Assembly: GCA_902582315.1 (NCBI GenBank)
Contig: CACHRP010000006.1
Coordinates: 3,713 to 67,712, forward strand
DNA: 64,000 nucleotides
Direction of reading: 5' to 3'
Source: an uncultured Pelagibacteraceae bacterium
GTDB lineage: Bacteria; Pseudomonadota; Alphaproteobacteria; Pelagibacterales; Pelagibacteraceae
The first letter of the stretch is position 1; each line of letters begins with the position of its first letter. Positions 58,620 through 64,000 of this stretch are shown here, piece by piece. The notes below the pieces were generated by a model. The model ran no database searches, had not been told where the DNA came from, and saw only the letters and a program-made list of their open reading frames with translations. The position numbers and the translations under genes were made by a program.

Positions 58620-59652
58620 TTAGTTCTCCTAGAATCTTTTTTGTATTATATTTCTGCTTCCATTTAGGGTAGTGGTTTCTGAATTTTTTTAAATTTGAAA
58701 TATACCAGATATGATCACCTATTCGAGGAATACGAACCACATTTCTACTAATTGAAATATTAGATATTTTTTCTACTAAATCTAAAGCTTCCAAAATAGA
58801 ACAGTTAGAATATCTACCACCACCAATATTATAAACCTCTCCTCTCTTTGGTTTTTTAAAAAATTCCCAAAAGCAATTTACCAAATCATAACTATGTAAA
58901 TTATCTCTTACTTGTTTTCCTTTATATCCAATAAGTGAATATTTTCTTGTAGCTAATGTTACCTTAACTAAATATGATAAAAATCCGTGAAGCTTCGCAC
59001 CACTATGATTTGGTCCAGTTATACAGCCAGCTCTAAAACAGACTGTTTTTAGTCCAATATTTTTCCCATATTCTTGTACTATTAAATCAGCGTAGGTTTT
59101 TGAAACACCAAAAAAACTATGTGTACAGTGATCAATTGAAAACTTTTCATCGATACCATTATAATATTTATTATTTTTTTTTAACTCCCATCGGTTTTTA
59201 GTTTCAATTATTGAGAGTTTATTTGGATTATCTCCGTATACTTTATTTGTAGATGTGAATATGAATGGCGCATTAGGACAATATATTTTTGTTAATTCTA
59301 ATAGATTTAAAGTTCCAGTAGCATTAACGTTAAAGTCTAAAACTGGAAATTTTTTTCCATAATCATGAGATGGTTGTGCAGCGCAATGTATAATTAAAGA
59401 TATATTTTTACGATATTTTTTAAAAATTTTCTCCAGTCCATTAAAATTTCTTATGTCAATATTAAAATTTTTAAATTTTTTATTTCTTTTAATAAGATTA
59501 TTTTTTATCCATAGAGTAGATCCGTCTCGTCCGAAAAAAAATTTTCTAAGGTTGTTATCAATTCCTATTACGTCAAAACCTTTGTCACAGAAAAAATTTA
59601 CCGCTTCAGATCCAACCAGCCCAGAGGAGCCTGTGATTATGACAATAGACAT
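58603..59652 (-). CDS. NAD-dependent epimerase/dehydratase, CDP-paratose epimerase-like, FxxxK variant
   Basis: GSSGLVG, H.AAQPSHD, STNKVYGD, SFFGVSK, GKQVRDN motifs. Confidence 0.8.
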   Translation of the reverse strand: MSIVIITGSSGLVGSEAVNFFCDKGFDVIGIDNNLRKFFFGRDGSTLWIKNNLIKRNKKFKNFNIDIRNFNGLEKIFKKYRKNISLIIHCAAQPSHDYGKKFPVLDFNVNATGTLNLLELTKIYCPNAPFIFTSTNKVYGDNPNKLSIIETKNRWELKKNNKYYNGIDEKFSIDHCTHSFFGVSKTYADLIVQEYGKNIGLKTVCFRAGCITGPNHSGAKLHGFLSYLVKVTLATRKYSLIGYKGKQVRDNLHSYDLVNCFWEFFKKPKRGEVYNIGGGRYSNCSILEALDLVEKISNISISRNVVRIPRIGDHIWYISNLKKFRNHYPKWKQKYNTKKILGELIESFS

Positions 59653-60675
59653 CTAAAAGTACTTTTTTATATTTTTTTTGTTTTTAGATAACCATATATA
59701 CGTATCTTTAACTATGCTATAAATGTTTTTTTTTGGTCTCCATTTATATACTTTTGAAACTTTACTATTATCACTTATATAACAAGGGATATCATAAATA
59801 GACGTTTTGGGTTTTTTTGTTAATGATATTTTATTTTTTGTAATTTTTTGGCAAATAAATGTCAATTTTTTCAACGATGTATAGCTGGCTGTTGATCCAC
59901 CAACTACAAAAAGTTTGTTATAAATTTTTGAAATATTTTTAATTTGAAGTATTAATAAATTACATAAATCTTCAACATGAAGAACGTCTCTGGTTTGGTT
60001 TCCGTGCCCACCATAACCAATATAGGATAATTTTGATTTATTTATATGTTTCCAAATCCAATGACTGACAAACCCTTGATCTTGTTTGCCAAATTGCAAA
60101 GGACCAGATATTACACCACACCTATTAATGATATATTTAATATTATATGCATAACCGAATTCTTCAATTAACATTTCTGATGCTAATTTAGTAAACCCAT
60201 AGATTGTTCTAGCTCCCTGGATAGAACTATCTTCATTTATTTTTTTTTTGGTGTTTATACTTTTTTTAAAACTTTTAAACTTATAAGATTTATTTAATAA
60301 CTCTATTGGGTAAACACGACTAGAAGATAAAAATATAACTTTTGATTTATCCTTTTTTGCTTTTTTTAAAATATTAAGTGTACCGACCAGGTTGGTATCA
60401 AACACCCTGTCTAATTCATCTCTTGATACCTCAACCGCAGCCTCAGCACAACAATCAATAATCAAGTCAAATTTAGGGATTTTTTTTATTTTCTTATAAT
60501 TGCCAATATCTATTTTATAATTTTTTATTTTACTTTGTCTTAATAATTTTAAATTAAATAAAGATCCTTTTCTCGATAGATTATCTAATGAACTTACTGA
60601 AAAATTTCTCTTTTTTAAAAAAATTGCAACGTTGGATCCAACAAAACCACATCCACCTGTAATTAAAACTTTCAT
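59653..60675 (-). CDS. NAD-dependent epimerase/dehydratase, CDP-paratose epimerase-like
   Basis: GGCGFVG, FLSSSRVY, IYGFTK (YxxxK), QFGKQDQG motifs. Confidence 0.8.
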   Translation of the reverse strand: MKVLITGGCGFVGSNVAIFLKKRNFSVSSLDNLSRKGSLFNLKLLRQSKIKNYKIDIGNYKKIKKIPKFDLIIDCCAEAAVEVSRDELDRVFDTNLVGTLNILKKAKKDKSKVIFLSSSRVYPIELLNKSYKFKSFKKSINTKKKINEDSSIQGARTIYGFTKLASEMLIEEFGYAYNIKYIINRCGVISGPLQFGKQDQGFVSHWIWKHINKSKLSYIGYGGHGNQTRDVLHVEDLCNLLILQIKNISKIYNKLFVVGGSTASYTSLKKLTFICQKITKNKISLTKKPKTSIYDIPCYISDNSKVSKVYKWRPKKNIYSIVKDTYIWLSKNKKNIKKYF

Positions 60676-60679
60676 GTAA

Positions 60680-61396
60680 CTATCTTTTTTTTAATAATAT
60701 TTTTTCTATGAAGCAATATAAAAGAGTAAATATATACATTGAACCTAGTTCACTAATTTTAAACTTAGAAACTCCAATTTTACGACCTTTCCAGCTAATA
60801 GGAATAATTTTATATTTATATTTTCTTATAATAATTTTTAATGGAAGTTCTAGAAAAACATTAAAGTGATCTGAAACTATAGGCATTAATTCCTTAAGGG
60901 TTTTTTTTTTATAAATTTTAAATGCATTAGTAAAATCATTATAATTTGATAGAAATATTATCTTAACAATGTAGTTAAAAATTCTATTTAATACCATTTT
61001 TAAAATAGGATAATTTGTTATTCTAGAATTTTTTAGAAATCTAGAGCCCAGAACTGCATCTAAATTATTTTTATTAATTATCTTATAATACTCCATTAAA
61101 TCACTTAAATCATCTGAGTTATCACACATGAATATACAAACAAATTTTTTTGTTGATTTATTTATCCCCAATCCTATAGCAGAGCCTAGACCTTTTTTAA
61201 TATTTTTATAGTACTTAATTTTTTTGTTAGATCTGATTGATTTTTTTATAATTTGCTTAGTATTATCCGTACTAAAATCATCAATAAAAACAATCTCGTA
61301 ATCTTTAATTCTTTTACTAATTTTGTTAATTTTTTTAACAGTATTATGTAATTGCTTATCTTCATTATAGACTGGAATTACTATTGATAAAGACAT
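60680..61396 (-). CDS. GT2 family glycosyltransferase
   Basis: VIPVYNE, IDDFSTD.T, MCD.SDD, GSRF, W.GR..G.SK motifs. Confidence 0.88.
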   Translation of the reverse strand: MSLSIVIPVYNEDKQLHNTVKKINKISKRIKDYEIVFIDDFSTDNTKQIIKKSIRSNKKIKYYKNIKKGLGSAIGLGINKSTKKFVCIFMCDNSDDLSDLMEYYKIINKNNLDAVLGSRFLKNSRITNYPILKMVLNRIFNYIVKIIFLSNYNDFTNAFKIYKKKTLKELMPIVSDHFNVFLELPLKIIIRKYKYKIIPISWKGRKIGVSKFKISELGSMYIFTLLYCFIEKILLKKR

Positions 61397-61419
61397 ATAT
61401 CGGTTTTAAACAAATATTT

Positions 61420-63225
61420 ATGAAATTTCAAAAAAAATATATTTTTGTTATTACTCTTTGTATTTTATCAATTTTCATTTGCTCCCAGCTTTGGTCATTT
61501 ATTAAATTCCCAATAAATAGGTATGACATCATTGGAGAATATTATTTAAATAATTATAGTCCGTTAAATGATGTAATTAAATATTTAATATTCATTTTTA
61601 TACCTTTAGTAGTTTTTTTAATTAGCAAAAAAATTATTTTCAAAATACCTTTCTCAAATATTTTGACTGGATTAAAAATTAAAGATGAAAGTTATAATTC
61701 TGAAAAAAAGATCTATTTTTTACTATTTTTTTTGATAATTTATTTGGCTACTGAATTTTTATCATTAACATTTTCAACACATCCTATTGATATTTATCAT
61801 GAAGGCCAAAGATTGAGTTCAGCTTTCAAAAGTTTGTTAGATGATAGTTTGTGGAGTGGTTCATACGTCACCATTGGAATTATATATGAAACAATTGGTA
61901 CCAAGTTCATTTGGCAAATGTTTAATAACGAGTCAATTGGTTTAATGAGATTTTTGGATATCGTTTATATTTTAATAACAAAAATTTTATTAGTAGTTTT
62001 TTTCTTCGAAGTAACTAGAAATATTAAGTTTAATTTAAATTATAGATTAATTTTTTTTTTAGTTACTAGCTTGGTAGGTTTAAGTTTAATCAATTATAAT
62101 TTATATAGTACTGACAATATACACTTTAGAGAAATACCTATTTTATTATCATTAATTGTCATAATAAGATCTTTAAATAAAAGTTCTCTGATTTCAAATT
62201 TAATTTTGGGTTTATTGAGTGTTTTAGTTTTTTTATGGAGCATAGACAGAGGAATAGTTTTTTGTTTATTTTTAATATTTTTTTTTCTATTTCTTATTTT
62301 AAATAAAAGATTTAAAGATATTTTGTATATTGTTTTTTCTGTAATTTTATTTTGGTCTATATTTTATTTTACAAACAACGAATTTAATTATTTTATAAAA
62401 AATACATATCTAGTTTTGAAGGAACTAAATTATGTCCATGGTATTATACATCCAACGCCTTTTTCAGATGAAGAAAATTCATGGAGAGCAACTAAAAATA
62501 TTCTTACTATTATCTTCTGTTTGATTTTTTCTATGAATTTTATGTTTAATAAGACTAATGAAGGTAATTATAATAAATTTAATTTTATTTTATTATTTTT
62601 AAGCATTATTTGTTTTTTAAGTTACATTTACTCTTTGGGGAGATCAGATGGGCCACATTTAAAACAATCTTATGGTTTTCCAGCAATTTTTTTAATTATT
62701 GTGATTACAAATTATAGTCTGTTTTTTTTATCAAAATTAAATCTTAAGTTATTTGAAAATTTTAAATCTTTCTACTTGATGCCTTTTATATTTATAATTT
62801 TTTTAATTTCTACTAAATCAAATTTTAAAAATATAATTACCTATAATGATAGATTTTTAAATTATGTTAAATTTGAGGATAGTAAATTTTTAAATAATGG
62901 GGATCAACTTTTTATTAAACAAGCCTCAAAAATATTAAAAAATGAAAAATGCATTCAGTTATTTTCAAATGACTCAGCTCTACTTTATTTGTTAAAAAAA
63001 CCCAGTTGTTCAAAATATTATTTTTTTTGGTCAGTGGGATCAGAGAAGAACCAAAAAAATTTAGTTAGTGAATTAAATTCCTCAAACTTTATCATTACTG
63101 GAGGAACCACTGATAATTGGTCTTTGCCATTAAGTATTAAATATCCTTTATTAAACAAGTTCTTAGAAGATAAATTTAAAGATAAGATCATAATAGAAAA
63201 AAGAACAATATTTTATAATAAATAA
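61420..63225 (+). CDS. Large multi-pass membrane protein, possibly a GT-C-like glycosyltransferase
   Basis: About 12 TM; DIYHEG loop after TM2, WSIDRG, GRSD..H motifs. Alternative upstream start at 61384. Confidence 0.55.
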   Translation: MKFQKKYIFVITLCILSIFICSQLWSFIKFPINRYDIIGEYYLNNYSPLNDVIKYLIFIFIPLVVFLISKKIIFKIPFSNILTGLKIKDESYNSEKKIYFLLFFLIIYLATEFLSLTFSTHPIDIYHEGQRLSSAFKSLLDDSLWSGSYVTIGIIYETIGTKFIWQMFNNESIGLMRFLDIVYILITKILLVVFFFEVTRNIKFNLNYRLIFFLVTSLVGLSLINYNLYSTDNIHFREIPILLSLIVIIRSLNKSSLISNLILGLLSVLVFLWSIDRGIVFCLFLIFFFLFLILNKRFKDILYIVFSVILFWSIFYFTNNEFNYFIKNTYLVLKELNYVHGIIHPTPFSDEENSWRATKNILTIIFCLIFSMNFMFNKTNEGNYNKFNFILLFLSIICFLSYIYSLGRSDGPHLKQSYGFPAIFLIIVITNYSLFFLSKLNLKLFENFKSFYLMPFIFIIFLISTKSNFKNIITYNDRFLNYVKFEDSKFLNNGDQLFIKQASKILKNEKCIQLFSNDSALLYLLKKPSCSKYYFFWSVGSEKNQKNLVSELNSSNFIITGGTTDNWSLPLSIKYPLLNKFLEDKFKDKIIIEKRTIFYNK

Positions 63226-64000
63226 TTATTTTATTTTTGTATTGAAAGTATTTAAAAATTCTAATTTCACAAAATTAAAGAATACCATCATATTTAGACG
63301 AAAATCTTTAAAGTCTAATTTTCTTATATCTTTAAATATTCTAATTAATAAAAATTTTAATTGTTTAACAGATAGTTTTAAAAACCTAATTGTTGAGGGT
63401 TTTTTTATTTTATATCCGAGAGAGTGATACCTCCATACTCTTTCACTCAAAGTTTGAAGATCATCATTCTGCAAATGATAACACTTTGCTTTTGAAGAGT
63501 AATACAAATTTGCATTGCTTTGTTGTCTTACTTTTGCTGAGTACTCCATGTCTTCTCCATTCGTAGTACAATTTTCGTTATAACCACCAATTCTATCCCA
63601 TAATTCCTTTGTTTGTATTGTATTGCAGCCATATAAAAATGGTGGATTTAAAAGATCTTTGTTTCCCCAATTTTGGCTATAATGTTTTGCTCTCCAAAGA
63701 TTACATTCGTTGTTAATTAATTTTTCGATCATATTACCTCCACACATTTTTATGTCATTTCTTGTTATTTCATTTAGCAAAATTTCCAACCAGAATTTAT
63801 CTAAAACTACATCGGCATCAATACTTGCTACAATATTATTTTTAGAGTTTTTAATTCCAATATTTCTACAATATCCAAGCCCTTTATTATTTTCATTCTC
63901 GATAATTTTAATTGTAGAATATTTTTCCAAAATATTTTTGGTACTATCTTTGGATGCATCATTTATGACAATTATTTCATTTACCTTAACACTTTGATTC
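63226..64000 (-). CDS. GT2 family glycosyltransferase, 5' end beyond the window
   Basis: The frame continues upstream of the track start (NQSVKVNEIIVINDASKDST); N.GL...RN.G, IDADV, GED motifs. Confidence 0.85.
   Translation of the reverse strand, partial: NQSVKVNEIIVINDASKDSTKNILEKYSTIKIIENENNKGLGYCRNIGIKNSKNNIVASIDADVVLDKFWLEILLNEITRNDIKMCGGNMIEKLINNECNLWRAKHYSQNWGNKDLLNPPFLYGCNTIQTKELWDRIGGYNENCTTNGEDMEYSAKVRQQSNANLYYSSKAKCYHLQNDDLQTLSERVWRYHSLGYKIKKPSTIRFLKLSVKQLKFLLIRIFKDIRKLDFKDFRLNMMVFFNFVKLEFLNTFNTKIK

Noticed and set aside
60181-60660. A/T homopolymer runs as phase-variation tracts
   Set aside because: Runs of 7-10 A/T are common throughout this very AT-rich sequence (Lys/Phe codons) and all reading frames are intact.
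1-64000. tRNA, rRNA, CRISPR arrays, IS elements, prophage genes
   Set aside because: Non-coding gaps are all short and accounted for; no cloverleaf, repeat-spacer array, transposase, integrase or phage structural motif was recognised.

Overview
Very AT-rich, gene-dense bacterial window with almost no intergenic space. Gene content and composition point to a SAR11 / Candidatus Pelagibacter-like alphaproteobacterium (inference). Left to right: the 3' end of a PBP1A-like gene, prfB with its programmed +1 frameshift, an AsmA-like gene, tyrS, anmK, and an iscR-suf Fe-S operon with a perfect type-1 IscR box. Then glnA, aldehyde/methylamine/organic-acid metabolism genes, ppc, and two tandem beta-propeller autotransporter-like genes. 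Next comes a photolyase/oxidative-stress cluster (Fe-S-less PhrB-type plus an inverted-domain photolyase), a minus-strand array of 12 small genes, and a sulfur module (persulfide dioxygenase - tiny Cys-rich gene - cysE - cysK, divergent from a 1-Cys peroxiredoxin). The right part has hpsN-like/pta, msrB, a divergon with two Fur boxes, betA, a PQQ sugar dehydrogenase, an Ldh_2 oxidoreductase and the start of a glycosylation island. Eight small ORFs below the 60-aa track cutoff were found by hand. The most striking are a 37-aa, 12-Cys metallothionein-like peptide (45421-45534) inside the sulfur module and a 59-aa, 8-Cys protein (54786-54965) next to tandem Fur boxes. No rRNA, tRNA, CRISPR array, transposase or integrase was seen. 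Family assignments come from motif recognition, not database searches.
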